A stretch of DNA of 64,000 nt from an uncultured delta proteobacterium (lineage in GTDB: Bacteria; Desulfobacterota; Binatia; Binatales; Binataceae), in assembly GCA_963765675.1 (NCBI GenBank), contig CAVXXK010000006.1, forward strand, positions 461,656 to 525,655, written 5' to 3'. Below the pieces are notes generated by a model that was not told the DNA's origin, searched no databases, and was given only the letters and a program-made list of their open reading frames with translations. The translations under genes were made by a program, and so were the position numbers. This document shows, one piece after another, positions 1-10,735 of this stretch; within the stretch, counting starts at the first letter, position 1; every line of letters starts with the position of its first letter.

Positions 1-131
1 AGGCGTTCGCGCTCGCGCGGACGATCGTATTTCTTCGGGTCGGCTTCGACACGCGCGGGCGGCGCCATCGGCTTGCGCAGGCGCGCGATGAGCCGCTTCT
101 TTGCGGGCCGTTTTTTACCTCGCGCCGCCAT
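1..131 (-). CDS. Small basic hypothetical protein, 5' part (runs off window start)
   Basis: Read by hand: ATG at 131 gives MAARGKKRPAKKRLIARLRKPMAPPARVEADPKKYDRPRERER, open to position 1 and starting 17 nt after the pgeF stop. Confidence 0.55.
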   Translation of the reverse strand, partial: MAARGKKRPAKKRLIARLRKPMAPPARVEADPKKYDRPRERER

Positions 132-147
132 TTCTTAAACCTTTACT

Positions 148-948
148 TTAATCCTGTGCGAATCCAACGAAGCTGAGCTGCAATCCCGTCACCGCGCCGC
201 CGGCCGCACGCCGGGAGAAATATCGGTCGGGAGCGCATCGCGTGCACGGACCGACGGACTCGATCGCGTCCGAAGCCACTCCTGCCGCGATCAATTGGTC
301 GCGCACGATCGCGCGTAAATCAAGATAGGCTTTGCCGGGACGTCCTTCGCGCCGATGATGGGCTGTAGCCGGAATCTCCGCCGCAAAGCGGTCGGCAAGC
401 TCGCGATCGACCTCGAAACAGCAAGGTCCGATCGACGGACCGAGCGCGGCGCGAATCGAGCCGGAAGCCGCACCGAGCGAGTTCATCGCACGAACGCTCG
501 CTCCCGCGATTCCCGCGATCACACCACGCCATCCCGCGTGGATCGCCCCGCACACATGCTCGCGCGGAGCGCTCAGCAGGACCGGAACGCAGTCGGCCGT
601 GAAAATTCCGAGGACGATACCCGCCTCCCGCGTGACCATCGCGTCGGCACGAGGCCGATCGTCGCAATTTGCACGCGTGACGACTAAGACTTCGTTGCCA
701 TGCACCTGGCGCAGGCGGGCGAAGGTCAGTTCCGGTGGAAGCGAGGCGCGCAGGCGGCGCCAATTTTCGGCGACGTGCGCCGGATCGTCGCCAACTAGCT
801 CCGACAGGTTCATCGAGGCGAATGCGCCGGTGCTGACCCCGCCCTCGCGGCCCAGAAATCCGGCGGCGATCCCTGCCTCGCGCCACGGCTCGAGTCTCGG
901 AATGGCGAAAATTTCTCGCGCGGATAATGTCTCTGAGGGATTTTGCAC
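148..948 (-). CDS. pgeF: Peptidoglycan editing factor PgeF/YfiH (laccase-domain family)
   Basis: C-terminal part of ORF 148..2970. Motifs QVHG, ADA-VT, TADCVPV, HAGWRG, GPSIGPCCFEV, CT.C...YFS.R. Start (GTG at 948) is estimated. Confidence 0.9.
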   Translation of the reverse strand: MQNPSETLSAREIFAIPRLEPWREAGIAAGFLGREGGVSTGAFASMNLSELVGDDPAHVAENWRRLRASLPPELTFARLRQVHGNEVLVVTRANCDDRPRADAMVTREAGIVLGIFTADCVPVLLSAPREHVCGAIHAGWRGVIAGIAGASVRAMNSLGAASGSIRAALGPSIGPCCFEVDRELADRFAAEIPATAHHRREGRPGKAYLDLRAIVRDQLIAAGVASDAIESVGPCTRCAPDRYFSRRAAGGAVTGLQLSFVGFAQD

Positions 949-1023
949 GTGCGTGGGTTGTTGGTTCAGCGAAGGATAACCTATAATTCTGATCTTTGGA
1001 ATTTGCGCTTTTGGAGCGCCTAT

Positions 1024-1245
1024 ATGGACGGCTATCAATACCTTATCGCCCGCAACCGCCTGATGCAGTCGCTCGAGGACGCGATTGGCCGCCTCGGCGC
1101 CGAACCGTCGCCCGATCGCGACGCCGAGAAGCGCCGCCTCGAAGCGGTGTTCGACGTGCAACTGCGCGAGCTGTATTCGCAGATGTCCGATGAGTACCCC
1201 GGCGAGCGCAAGAAGAAAGCCCGGCCGCTTGTCGATCCTACCTGA
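1024..1245 (+). CDS. Small hypothetical protein (73 aa) upstream of uvrA homologue
   Basis: ATG at 1024 with GGAG upstream, typical codon usage, ends 15 nt before uvrA. Confidence 0.65.
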   Translation: MDGYQYLIARNRLMQSLEDAIGRLGAEPSPDRDAEKRRLEAVFDVQLRELYSQMSDEYPGERKKKARPLVDPT

Positions 1246-1260
1246 ACTCTGGAAATCAGC

Positions 1261-4152
1261 TTGGACCGCTCGATCAGTATCCGCGGCGCGCGCACTCACA
1301 ACCTGGCGAATATTTCGCTCGAACTTCCGCGCGACAAGCTCACCGTGGTTACGGGAGTTTCGGGCTCGGGCAAGTCGAGCCTGGTGTTCGACACGCTCTA
1401 TGCCGAGGGCCAGCGTCGCTACGTGCAGAGCCTGTCGACATATGCGCGGCTGTTCCTGGCGCGGATGGACCGGCCCGACGTCGATTCGATCACGCAGATT
1501 CCGCCCGCGCTTGCGCTGCGGCAAAAGAACACGATCAAGAACGCGCGCTCGACGGTCGGCACCGTCACGGAGATCAGCGACTACCTGCGGCTGCTGTTCG
1601 CGACCGTCGGCCGCACGATTTGCCCGCATTGCAATCTGGAAGTCGCGCGCGATTCCGTGCAGAGCGCATGCGCGCGCGTGCTCGACGCCCCCGGGATGTA
1701 CCTGTTCCTCGCGCCGTTCGACGCCGGATCGCGCACGCTGGCCGACGCGGCGAATTATCTGATCCAGAACGGGTACCATCGCATTTTCGATTCCGGCGCG
1801 ATCGCGGAGACGGTCGAGTTCGCCGAAGGACGGCGCACGCTCGACAGCCCCGACGTCGCGCTCACGGTAGTCGTCGATCGGCTGTCGGTCACCGGCGCGG
1901 CCGAGTCGGAACGCGTGCGCGAGGCGCTGGAGAAATCTTTCTATCTTGGCGGCGGACGCGCGCGAGTGGTCCGCGTCGAGCGCGACAACGGCGACATGCG
2001 CTCGGTCGCGAGCTTCGATTTCGACCGCCGGTTCAACTGCTCGAAATGCGGCCGTTCCTACCCGGAGCCAACACCTGCCTTGTTCTCGTCCAACAGTCCG
2101 ATAGGAGCGTGTCCCGAATGCGAGGGCTTCGGCCGCACCGTCGAGCTCGATCTCGAGAAGGTGATTCCGAATCCGAATCTGTCGCTGCGCCAGGGATTGA
2201 TCGCGCCGTGGCGCACGCCGGCCTATCGCGAGATGAACGAGTGGATGCTGAAGCTGGCGAGACGGCGCAAGGTTCGCACCGCGGTTTCGTTTCGCGAGAT
2301 GAATGCCGAAGAGCGCGGATGGCTGATGAACGGCGACGAGGGTCCGCGCGAAAAATGGGATCCGGAGAAATGGCCCGGCGTGCTCGGATTCTTCAAATGG
2401 CTCGAAGGGCGGCGCTACAAGACTCACGTCCGGATTCTGCTCGCGAAGTATCGCCGCTTCGTCACCTGCCCCGCGTGCGCAGGCGCCAAGCTCAAGGCCG
2501 AGGCGCTGAACGTGAAGGTCGGTGACAGCTCGATCGCCGACGTCGGCCGGCTCGCGGTGCGCGACCTCGGCGGATGGCTCGGCGAAATCGCGCGCGGCAA
2601 GCGCGCCGCCACGCGCGCCGCGGTCGTGATGCGCGAGTTGCGCAACCGCATCAATTATTTGACCGAGGTCGGCTTGGGCTACCTGACGCTCGAACGGCAG
2701 GCGCGCACACTCTCGGGCGGGGAGGCGCAGCGAATTCATCTGGCGAGTGCGCTCGGCTCGATCCTGATCGGCACGCTCTACGCGCTCGACGAGCCGACCG
2801 TTGGACTCCACGCCAGCGACGCGCGCCGCCTGCTCGCCGTGCTGCGGCATCTGCGCGACTTCGGCAACACGGTGGTGGTCGTCGAGCATGACGCAGCAAT
2901 TATCGAGGGCGCCGACTTCGTGGTCGAGCTTGGACCCGGCGGCGGGAGTGAAGGCGGCCGCCTGATTCATGCGGGGGCTCCCGCGGGCGTGAAGCTCGCG
3001 AGCATGGCGTCGTCAGCCGGGCGCGTCCTGCTGATGCGCACGATCGCGCGCGAGCGGCGCTTCTCGCGGCGCGACCCCGCGATCCGCGTGCGCGGAGCGC
3101 GCGAGCACAATCTGGCGGGCGTCGACGCGATGATCCCGCTCGGGGCGATGACCTGCGTCACCGGAGTTTCGGGCTCGGGCAAATCCTCGCTGGTCGAGGA
3201 TGTGATCTACAACAACTGGCTGCGGCGCAGTGGGCAATCGACGGAGGCCGGCGCATGCGATCGGATCGAAGGCTTTGAGCAGATCGGCGAGATGGTGCAT
3301 ATGGGGCAGGAGCTGCCGACGCGCTCGATGCGCTCGAATCCGGCGACCTATCTGAAAATCTACGACGAGATCCGCAAACTGTTCGCGGCCTCCGCCGAGG
3401 CGCGGCGGCTCGGAATCAAGCCGCGCGACTTCTCGTTCAACGTCGAGGGGGGACGCTGCGAAAAATGTTCCGGCACCGGCACCGTCACGATCGAGATGCA
3501 CTTCATGGCCGACCTCGAGGTGAAGTGCGACGTATGCGACGGACGCCGCTTCCAGAGCCACATTCTCGCGATCAAGTACAACAGGCTCAACATCGACCAG
3601 GTGCTCGACCTTACCGTCGATCAGGCGCGCGGCTTTTTCAGCGGCCATCCGGGAATCGTAAAACGGCTCGATGCGCTTGCCTCGGTCGGGCTCGGCTACC
3701 TGAGGATGGGGCAGACGACCTCGACTCTGTCGGGCGGTGAGGCCCAGCGGCTCAAGCTCGCGCGCTTTCTGCTGGTGGATCTCGAGCCCGCTCCGGTTAG
3801 TGCGCAAGGCAAGCGGCTGCCCCGGATGTTCCTGCTCGACGAACCGACAACCGGGCTGAGCGCGTCCGACGTGCGCCGCCTTTTGCGGGTGCTCTCGCGC
3901 CTGACGGCGGAAGGAAACACGCTGGTGGTAATCGAGCATAACCTCGAGATGATCGCGCATGCCGACTACGTGATCGATCTAGGTCCGGGCGGTGGTGACG
4001 AGGGTGGCCGAATAGTAGCGGCGGGTTCACCACTGAAGATCGCGGCGTCCGAGAAATCAGTCACCGGCCGCGAGCTGCGCCGTTTGTTTGGACTTCCAAT
4101 AAACGCAAGGCGTGGAGCAGTCCGCACCGCAATCAGCGCAGTCCAGGCCTAG
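1261..4152 (+). CDS. uvrA: Excinuclease ABC subunit A homologue (UvrA/UvrA2-like)
   Basis: GARTHNL, two Walker [19 protein letters not shown] signatures, CxxC zinc fingers, DEPT Walker B, DLGPGGG. Confidence 0.92.
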   Translation: MDRSISIRGARTHNLANISLELPRDKLTVVTGVSGSGKSSLVFDTLYAEGQRRYVQSLSTYARLFLARMDRPDVDSITQIPPALALRQKNTIKNARSTVGTVTEISDYLRLLFATVGRTICPHCNLEVARDSVQSACARVLDAPGMYLFLAPFDAGSRTLADAANYLIQNGYHRIFDSGAIAETVEFAEGRRTLDSPDVALTVVVDRLSVTGAAESERVREALEKSFYLGGGRARVVRVERDNGDMRSVASFDFDRRFNCSKCGRSYPEPTPALFSSNSPIGACPECEGFGRTVELDLEKVIPNPNLSLRQGLIAPWRTPAYREMNEWMLKLARRRKVRTAVSFREMNAEERGWLMNGDEGPREKWDPEKWPGVLGFFKWLEGRRYKTHVRILLAKYRRFVTCPACAGAKLKAEALNVKVGDSSIADVGRLAVRDLGGWLGEIARGKRAATRAAVVMRELRNRINYLTEVGLGYLTLERQARTLSGGEAQRIHLASALGSILIGTLYALDEPTVGLHASDARRLLAVLRHLRDFGNTVVVVEHDAAIIEGADFVVELGPGGGSEGGRLIHAGAPAGVKLASMASSAGRVLLMRTIARERRFSRRDPAIRVRGAREHNLAGVDAMIPLGAMTCVTGVSGSGKSSLVEDVIYNNWLRRSGQSTEAGACDRIEGFEQIGEMVHMGQELPTRSMRSNPATYLKIYDEIRKLFAASAEARRLGIKPRDFSFNVEGGRCEKCSGTGTVTIEMHFMADLEVKCDVCDGRRFQSHILAIKYNRLNIDQVLDLTVDQARGFFSGHPGIVKRLDALASVGLGYLRMGQTTSTLSGGEAQRLKLARFLLVDLEPAPVSAQGKRLPRMFLLDEPTTGLSASDVRRLLRVLSRLTAEGNTLVVIEHNLEMIAHADYVIDLGPGGGDEGGRIVAAGSPLKIAASEKSVTGRELRRLFGLPINARRGAVRTAISAVQA

Positions 4153-4208
4153 CGCGGCGCTCGCGGGCGCACGACGCGATATGTCAGACTGAGCATGGAG
4201 ATCGATCG

Positions 4209-4388
4209 ATGACGATTGCTCGAAAGCTCAAATCCGAGCGCGGGGCTACGCAGGTCGGGTTCACTGATGCGTTAGTCGCCGCGATCCTGCTCGGCATCCT
4301 CCTGTTCGTCGCACATCTTCAGTTCGCGACTTATAACTCCGCGCATACGGACGCAGCGACCTCCGTGCCGGCGACGGTGTCGCACTGA
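4209..4388 (+). CDS. 59-aa pilin-like membrane microprotein (absent from ORF track)
   Basis: GGAG RBS at 4197-4200, then MTIARKLKSERGATQVGFTDALVAAILLGILLFVAHLQFATYNSAHTDAATSVPATVSH*; fills the gap between uvrA and RluA. Confidence 0.6.
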   Translation: MTIARKLKSERGATQVGFTDALVAAILLGILLFVAHLQFATYNSAHTDAATSVPATVSH

Positions 4389-4391
4389 TCC

Positions 4392-5300
4392 GTGGACCCT
4401 CCGGCGAGCGAACGGCTCGATCACTATCTCGTGCGTCTGGGCTTTGCGCCGTCGCGGCGCGCCGCGCGGGCGATCGTCGAGCGCGGGAACGTCCGAATCA
4501 ACGGACGGCGATGCGTCAAGAGCGCGATCGTCGCGCCGAGCGATACCGTCGAGGTGGCGGAGCTTCCCGCCGCGATTCCGATCACGCCGAATCCGGATCT
4601 GAAACTCGAAGTGCTTTACAGCGACGCGGCGATGCTCGTAGTCGCGAAGCCGGGCGGCGTCGCCTGTCATCCGCTCCGCCCCGGAGAATCCGAAACGGTG
4701 ATGAACGCCGTCGTCGCGCGATTTCCCGAGTGCGCTACGCTTGGCGACAAGCCGCTCGAGGGCGGATTGGTGCATCGCCTCGACAACGGAACCTCGGGTG
4801 CGCTGATCGTTGCGCGGACGGCGGATGCGCTCACCGCACTGCGCGCGGCGATCAAATCGGGAGCGGTCGTGCGCCGCTACCAGGCGCTGGTTGCGGGTCG
4901 CCTCGACCACCCGCTCGATCTGGATCGCAGGATCGCGCACCATCCGAAGAATCCGCGCAAGATGATTATCGGCGATCCTGAGAGCCTCGATCGCAGGCGT
5001 CTCGGACGCGCGGCGGGCACGCACGCCGAGCCGCTACGTCGCGTCGGCGCCGGATGGACGCTGGTCGCGGTGACGCCGCGGACTGGCAGCCGCCACCAGA
5101 TTCGCGTGCATCTGGCCGACGCGGGATTTCCAATCGTCGGCGACACGCTGTACGGCGGACCCGAGGCGCCCGAGCTCGCGCGCGGCCGCTTCTGGCTGCA
5201 TCTGTTGACGCTCGCGCTCGATTCTCCGGCGGCAGGACCGATCAGGGTGACAGCGCCGCTTGCGGCCGATCTGACGGCGCTGATTGGCGCGCGCGACTAA
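4392..5300 (+). CDS. RluA/RluD-family pseudouridine synthase
   Basis: N-terminal S4 domain (RLDHYL), KPGG, catalytic HRLD..TSG, TG..HQIRVH, GD.LYG. Confidence 0.92.
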   Translation: MDPPASERLDHYLVRLGFAPSRRAARAIVERGNVRINGRRCVKSAIVAPSDTVEVAELPAAIPITPNPDLKLEVLYSDAAMLVVAKPGGVACHPLRPGESETVMNAVVARFPECATLGDKPLEGGLVHRLDNGTSGALIVARTADALTALRAAIKSGAVVRRYQALVAGRLDHPLDLDRRIAHHPKNPRKMIIGDPESLDRRRLGRAAGTHAEPLRRVGAGWTLVAVTPRTGSRHQIRVHLADAGFPIVGDTLYGGPEAPELARGRFWLHLLTLALDSPAAGPIRVTAPLAADLTALIGARD

Positions 5301-5349
5301 CCGCGCCCTTGCGCGTCTCGCCTACCGAATCACTGCGCGCAGAGTTCGC

Positions 5350-5928
5350 TCAGTTGCAGGCGCATCGCATGCACTGCGTTGGAGCCTGTTCCCGGAGATT
5401 ATTCGCTATCGGCTGATCCGGGTACTGATTGCCAGTCTGCGTCGTAACCTGTCCCGGCGGAAACGAGTACAGTCCGCCGGGTGGCTGAGCGGGAGCAGGC
5501 GCGAAAGAGTTGGCGCTCGGAGGGTTGATGAAAGCCGATAGCGCATGACCGTTGAGCTTGTACGATTGGCACTGCGCGCTCGCAGCCCGGCTCGCGAGGA
5601 CGTAACTGCTCGAAGCGACAACGCCGGCCCACTGCGTGGAATATCCCGGCCCCGAGCAGGTGCATCGGAATGATCGGGGCGTGGCGGCGGCGGCTGCGGC
5701 GAGCACGTTGGTCGATCCGGGCGCAGGCGCGAGTTGCGGAATCGCGCCGATCGTCGATAGCGCCTGCGGCGCGCCCGGAGCCGGCGGCGGAGTCAGCGGA
5801 ACCGGAGTGGCGGGACCACCGGTCACGACCTGACCAAACACGCGGGCAGAGTATCTTGACTCCGGTATCGCGAGAACAAAAATCTCAATGACGATGAGTG
5901 CCGCGATTGCAAACTTGAAAACGCGCAT
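5350..5928 (-). CDS. Exported Pro/Cys-rich hypothetical protein
   Basis: N-terminal hydrophobic signal, Pro-rich linker, CTC and C-terminal CMRCAC motifs. Confidence 0.7.
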   Translation of the reverse strand: MRVFKFAIAALIVIEIFVLAIPESRYSARVFGQVVTGGPATPVPLTPPPAPGAPQALSTIGAIPQLAPAPGSTNVLAAAAAATPRSFRCTCSGPGYSTQWAGVVASSSYVLASRAASAQCQSYKLNGHALSAFINPPSANSFAPAPAQPPGGLYSFPPGQVTTQTGNQYPDQPIANNLREQAPTQCMRCACN

Positions 5929-6139
5929 GTCGCCTCTCTACCGGGCCAGCCGCTATCGCGCGCATCGGCGCAAGACAAGGGCGGCGGCCTTGGCTATAAT
6001 CGCGACCCAATTGGCGCGGTGCAAGCGCCGCGTGGCGAAGCCCGAAAGATTTTTGCGTTTCCCGTCCAGGCGAGCCGGTAATTTCGGCCGCGGGAATCAC
6101 GATCCGATGACGTGCGACAAGTAAGGAGGTTCCGGCGAG

Positions 6140-8065
6140 ATGATGTGGAAGAAGTACGCCCTGCTGGCGCTGGTCACGATACCGCTGATGGTCGCGGGCG
6201 CCTCGCTGGGAATGGCGCAGGAGTCACTGAAGGTAACTGGTTCGTTACCGAAGACGCCGGTTGCGCCGCCCGCGACCGCTGGAACGATCCCGCTCAATGC
6301 GGCGCCACTGACCCAGCAGTCACCACCCGACGTCAATCTGCCCGACAGCGCGACCGCGAAGTTCGAGCATCAGGACGGCGCGGTCGACTCGCTGCCTAGC
6401 ATTCTTGCGCGTCAATGGTCGCTCACCCGCGAGGTTCCGCCCGAGAGCCTGATCAGCGAGCGCTACCTGCGCAGCCAGGACAACCAGGCCCGGATGATCA
6501 CGCTGAAGGAAGCGATTTACGTGGCCCTGCGCAACAACCCCAGTATCGCGGCCACCGCGCTCGATCCGCTCGCGTCGGTCGAGGCGATCAAGGAGGCCAA
6601 CGGAACCTTCGATCCCGATCTGACGGCGCAAACCGACGTGATCAAGAGCGTGACGCCCACTACCTCGATTCTGCAGACCGGCGGAGCCGACGCTTTCACG
6701 ACAAAGCTCTACGACTGGGATTTTGGCGTGAATAAGGTCTCGGCGCTGACCAACGGCACCTTCGGGGTTACCTTCGATAACGAGCGTGCGCTGTCTAACT
6801 CGGCCTTCGCGTCGATCAATCCGTCATATACGCCGAGCCTGACACTTTCGGTTTCGCAGCCGCTCTTGCAGAACTTCGGATGGCGGTTTGCAACGATCAA
6901 CGTGCGGATCGCGGAGTCCGGACAGAAGACCGCGCAGTGGAATTACGAGCAGAGCCTGCAAGACTTCGTCCAGCGCATCGGGCAGGAATACTGGAACGTG
7001 GTACTGGCCGAGGAGAATCTCGAAGTTGCGCGAGCCGCGCTGCGCTTCAACCAGGATCTGGTGCGGCAGAACTCGATCTCGGTCAAAGTCGGAACTCTGG
7101 CCCCGCTCGACTTGCAGGAAGCGCAATCCGCTGCCGCGACCGCCGAGGCCAATGTCTATACCGCGGAAGCGAACCTCAAAACCTCGCGCGTGCAGCTTCG
7201 CCAGGACGTGATGCTCAATCCGGCCGAGATGTTTATTCCCGAGGAACTTGAGCCTGCCACGCGGCCGAATCCAGAGGAGCAGATTTCCGAGAACGAGGAG
7301 CACGCGCTCGAAATGGCGGTCGAGTACCTGCCGTCGCTGGCGTCGATGCGCGAATCGATTCGCAGCGCGCTGCTGCAGGTCAAATTCGCCGAGAATCAGA
7401 CGCTGCCACAGCTCAACCTAGGAGCGCAGTTTGGAATAACCTCCACCGCCGGAACCAGCAAGTGCCAGGAGAGTCTGAGCGGAAGCGTCAAAACCGGAAA
7501 CTGCAACACCCTGGTCCCCAATCCTCTGCCTCCGCCCAAGGACATCGCAGGCGAGAAGCTTCCGTTCGGCGGCATATACGGCAGCGCGCTCAATCGGTTG
7601 TGGAACTTCGGCTTCTACAATTACGCGGCAGTCCTTTCCTTCCAGATGCCGCTAGATAACGCCACTGCGCGAGCTGCGTTGTCGCAGGCGCGTATCCAGT
7701 ACGAGCAGTCGCGGCTGACGTATCGCTCGTCGCTGTCGCAGGCGGTGGTGAATGTGGAGTCGGCGATCGCGAACCTGTTCGCCGATCAGCAACGTGCGCA
7801 GGCAACCGCGTCGGCCACCTACTACGCGCGCCAGGCACTGCATGACGAGGAAGTGCGCTTCCGGGTCGGGATGGCGACGACGCACGACCTGCTGCAATTC
7901 CAGGAAGAGGAAGTCAGCGCCGAGGGTAACGAAGTTCAGGCCGAAGTTGACCTGGAGAATGCCAAGCTCGCGCTGCGCCACGCGGAGGGAACGATCCTCC
8001 AGGAATTTGACATAAGCTTCGAGCTCCAGGATCCGCACCAGACGCCGTGGTACGCGACGTTCTAG
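6140..8065 (+). CDS. TolC-family outer membrane efflux protein
   Basis: Signal peptide, TLKEAI..AL.NNP, SQPLL, F.MPL.N, helical repeats; strong AAGGAGG RBS. Confidence 0.88.
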   Translation: MMWKKYALLALVTIPLMVAGASLGMAQESLKVTGSLPKTPVAPPATAGTIPLNAAPLTQQSPPDVNLPDSATAKFEHQDGAVDSLPSILARQWSLTREVPPESLISERYLRSQDNQARMITLKEAIYVALRNNPSIAATALDPLASVEAIKEANGTFDPDLTAQTDVIKSVTPTTSILQTGGADAFTTKLYDWDFGVNKVSALTNGTFGVTFDNERALSNSAFASINPSYTPSLTLSVSQPLLQNFGWRFATINVRIAESGQKTAQWNYEQSLQDFVQRIGQEYWNVVLAEENLEVARAALRFNQDLVRQNSISVKVGTLAPLDLQEAQSAAATAEANVYTAEANLKTSRVQLRQDVMLNPAEMFIPEELEPATRPNPEEQISENEEHALEMAVEYLPSLASMRESIRSALLQVKFAENQTLPQLNLGAQFGITSTAGTSKCQESLSGSVKTGNCNTLVPNPLPPPKDIAGEKLPFGGIYGSALNRLWNFGFYNYAAVLSFQMPLDNATARAALSQARIQYEQSRLTYRSSLSQAVVNVESAIANLFADQQRAQATASATYYARQALHDEEVRFRVGMATTHDLLQFQEEEVSAEGNEVQAEVDLENAKLALRHAEGTILQEFDISFELQDPHQTPWYATF

Positions 8066-8094
8066 GTAATCACTCTATCCTGCGGGAAACCAAA

Positions 8095-8134
8095 ACAGCG
8101 CCGGATCGCAGATGCGGTCCGGCGCTGTGCTTTT
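8095..8134. terminator. Probable bidirectional intrinsic terminator
   Basis: Stem ACAGCGCCGGATCGCA/TGCGGTCCGGCGCTGT flanked by A and T runs, between convergent genes. Confidence 0.65.
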
Positions 8135-8163
8135 ACGCGAATCGTGCGTCGAGCGCGCAATCG

Positions 8164-8577
8164 TCAGGCGCGGCCGTCCATGCAGACCTTGCGGCTTTGG
8201 TAGCGCCAGCGTCCGTCGACGCGGCGGAGCTTGTCGCGATAGTTTGCGACCGTGCTTTGCTGGACGCGCCCTTCTTTGCAGTGCGAATAGAGCAGGTAGC
8301 AACTGGCGTCGGCGTCATCGCCGTCGATCGTGAAAAGCAGATTGGTGATCACGTGGCGCGCCTGCGCGCCGCCCAGGCTATCGCGATAAACCCGGGTGAA
8401 CTTCTCGAGTCCTGCGCGGCCCTCATGCTTTCCGAACCGCGTGCTCTCGAACGAGCCGTCGTCGGTAAACAGATCGAGCCATTCGCTGTAGCGATGATTA
8501 TCCAGCGTGTCGGCGTAACGCGCGTACAGATCACGAATCTCTTCGCGGTCTTCGATCGTTCCACTAAAATTCGCCAT
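8164..8577 (-). CDS. SnoaL/NTF2-like family protein
   Basis: EDREEIRDLYARYA..LD, W.DLFTDDG, RHVITN, YRD.LRR.DG.WR. Confidence 0.85.
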   Translation of the reverse strand: MANFSGTIEDREEIRDLYARYADTLDNHRYSEWLDLFTDDGSFESTRFGKHEGRAGLEKFTRVYRDSLGGAQARHVITNLLFTIDGDDADASCYLLYSHCKEGRVQQSTVANYRDKLRRVDGRWRYQSRKVCMDGRA

Positions 8578-8605
8578 AATTCTGACCTCTCGCTCGCGCC
8601 GGCGC

Positions 8606-9820
8606 TCAGATGACGTTCGCGTCGCGCAGCCGTGCGATATCGTCCCACGAGTAACCGAGCATACCGGTCATGATCGTTTCCGTATGCTCGCCGAGCTCCG
8701 GTGCATGTCCCCGCGGGTCGCCCGGCGTTTCCGAAAGCTTCACCGGCATCCCGAGCAGGCGCGTGGCTCCGAGCTCCGGATGCTCATAATCAACGACATA
8801 GCCATTGGCTTTGACCTGCGGATCCTCCGGCAGATCGGAGACCGAATTCACGACCGTGTAGATAAAATCTCCGCCGGCCTTGAGCGCGCGCATCCATTCA
8901 TCGCGCGTGCGGGTGGCGAAAATTTCGTCGAAGATTTTTATTACTTCGGCGGCATTGTGCCCCCGCTTGCGCATCTCAGCGAACCGCGGATCAGTGATCA
9001 AATCGGCGCGGCCGAGCGTGGTGCAGAAATCTTTCCAATAGCGATCCGGCTGGAGCATCCCAAGGCACAGCCACTTGTCGTCGGCGCATCGATAGTGATT
9101 CCAGAGCGGATTGAACGCATTCGCGCGCGTGTTGCGGTTGAACTCCTTGCCATGAATCGTGCGTGAGGCGACGTTCAGACCCTGCAGCGTCATCATCGAG
9201 CCAAGATGCGACGCGTCAACCTCCTGCCCTACTCCGTAGCGCTCGCGCGCGACCAGCGCCGCCAGGATTCCGTACGCCAGCATCACCGCGCCCATCTGAT
9301 CGGCGATTCCACCGAAAATGTAGTTGGGGGGGCTGCCGTCAACACCGGTCGCGTTCATAATTCCCGAGCGCGCCTGCCCAAGATAATCGAACGAGGGTTC
9401 GCCGCTGTCGGGACCCTCCGGCCCATAGCCCGACGCGCTCGCGTAGATCAGCCGATCGTTATGCGCGCGCATCGCCGGATAGCCGAGCCCGAGCCGCGCG
9501 GCAACGCCCTTGCGGAAGTTCTGCACAAACACGTCACTCTTCGCTGCCAGCCGGTAGACGATCTCGCGCGCCTCGGGCCGCTTCAGGTCCAACGCGATAC
9601 TCTGCTTGTGCTTGTTGTTGGCTTCGAAATAAAAGTTGCGCCCGGACTTGCCGGTCGAAGCGCCCGCCACCGCGACGATCCCGCGACCGGGGTCGCCCTT
9701 GTCGCGCTCTTCGATCTTGATCACTTCCGCGCCCAGGTCGGCCAGCATCTGCGTCGCGACCGGTCCCTGCTGCCAGATCGTCCAATCAATAATTCTAATG
9801 CCGGTAAGCGGTCCCTTCAT
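8606..9820 (-). CDS. CoA-transferase family III (CaiB/BaiF)
   Basis: PLTGIRIID, GP.ATQMLADLGAEVIKIE, GDPGR, SGYGPEGP, APELGEHT. Confidence 0.93.
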   Translation of the reverse strand: MKGPLTGIRIIDWTIWQQGPVATQMLADLGAEVIKIEERDKGDPGRGIVAVAGASTGKSGRNFYFEANNKHKQSIALDLKRPEAREIVYRLAAKSDVFVQNFRKGVAARLGLGYPAMRAHNDRLIYASASGYGPEGPDSGEPSFDYLGQARSGIMNATGVDGSPPNYIFGGIADQMGAVMLAYGILAALVARERYGVGQEVDASHLGSMMTLQGLNVASRTIHGKEFNRNTRANAFNPLWNHYRCADDKWLCLGMLQPDRYWKDFCTTLGRADLITDPRFAEMRKRGHNAAEVIKIFDEIFATRTRDEWMRALKAGGDFIYTVVNSVSDLPEDPQVKANGYVVDYEHPELGATRLLGMPVKLSETPGDPRGHAPELGEHTETIMTGMLGYSWDDIARLRDANVI

Positions 9821-9903
9821 GCGTCTCTCTATACCACAATAGGGCAAAATCCCGAGACAGGTCTCGCTTGTTTTTCGCGCGTCCCGGATTCAACTATTGA
9901 CCG

Positions 9904-10638
9904 ATGGGCGCGCTCACGGAACTGGTCGATTTCCTGTACCCGCCCCGTTGCGCCGCGTGCGGCGCGCGCTTCGCGGCGGGCGCGCAGCGCCGCGTCTGCG
10001 ATGAATGCCTGGCGCGCAAGGAACTCCTGCCCGGCCCGCTCTGCGCCGTGTGCGGCGGTCCGGTCGAGTCCGCGGCAAGTGGCGCGACGCAATGCGCCCG
10101 ATGTATCGCGGACCCTCCGCACTTTCGCCACGCAAGCGCGATCGCGCGTTATCGTGCGAGCGCTGAAGACGATCCGCGCTCGCTGCCCGCGATGCTTCGC
10201 CGGCACAAGTACGGCCTCGACCAGGCAGCGGGTCGCGCGCTCGCGGAATATCTGGTCACAGACCTGCGGATCGATGCGGGCGCGATCGATCTGATCGTGC
10301 CGGTTCCGCTTCATCGGCGCCGGCTATGGTGGCGCGGCTTCAACCAGGCAGCGATTCTGGCCGAGGAAATCTCGCGGCGGCTCAAAGTTCCGCTCGACGC
10401 GACCGCGATCGTGCGCCACCGGGCGACCGCGGCGCAGACTTCCCGCGATCATGACGCGCGGCGGCGCAACGTGCGGCGAGCATTCGCGGTCGCACGGCCC
10501 GCGCGGGTCGCGAAACGTGCGGTCCTGCTGGTGGACGACGTGATGACCACCGGCGCGACCGTGGACGAATGCGCCCGCGTCCTGCTCGAGGCGGGTGCGC
10601 GCAGCGTTGACGTGTTCACGCTCGCACGCGTGCTGTGA
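9904..10638 (+). CDS. comF: ComF family protein (double zinc ribbon plus PRTase)
   Basis: CxxC pairs, PVPLH, RGFNQA, LVDDVMTTGAT. Confidence 0.92.
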   Translation: MGALTELVDFLYPPRCAACGARFAAGAQRRVCDECLARKELLPGPLCAVCGGPVESAASGATQCARCIADPPHFRHASAIARYRASAEDDPRSLPAMLRRHKYGLDQAAGRALAEYLVTDLRIDAGAIDLIVPVPLHRRRLWWRGFNQAAILAEEISRRLKVPLDATAIVRHRATAAQTSRDHDARRRNVRRAFAVARPARVAKRAVLLVDDVMTTGATVDECARVLLEAGARSVDVFTLARVL

Positions 10639-10735
10639 ATATCGCGACGCGCCGCGGATGGCACGCCACGCGCAAGATGGATAGGTTTCTGGTATCGCGG
10701 CAGTCGAGTGGCGATCACCTGGAGATGGGCGGCAG

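Noticed and set aside
949-2970. 940-aa minus-strand ORF suggesting a large PgeF fusion
   Set aside because: The upstream part is the antisense shadow of uvrA in high-GC DNA; only the last ~267 codons are PgeF
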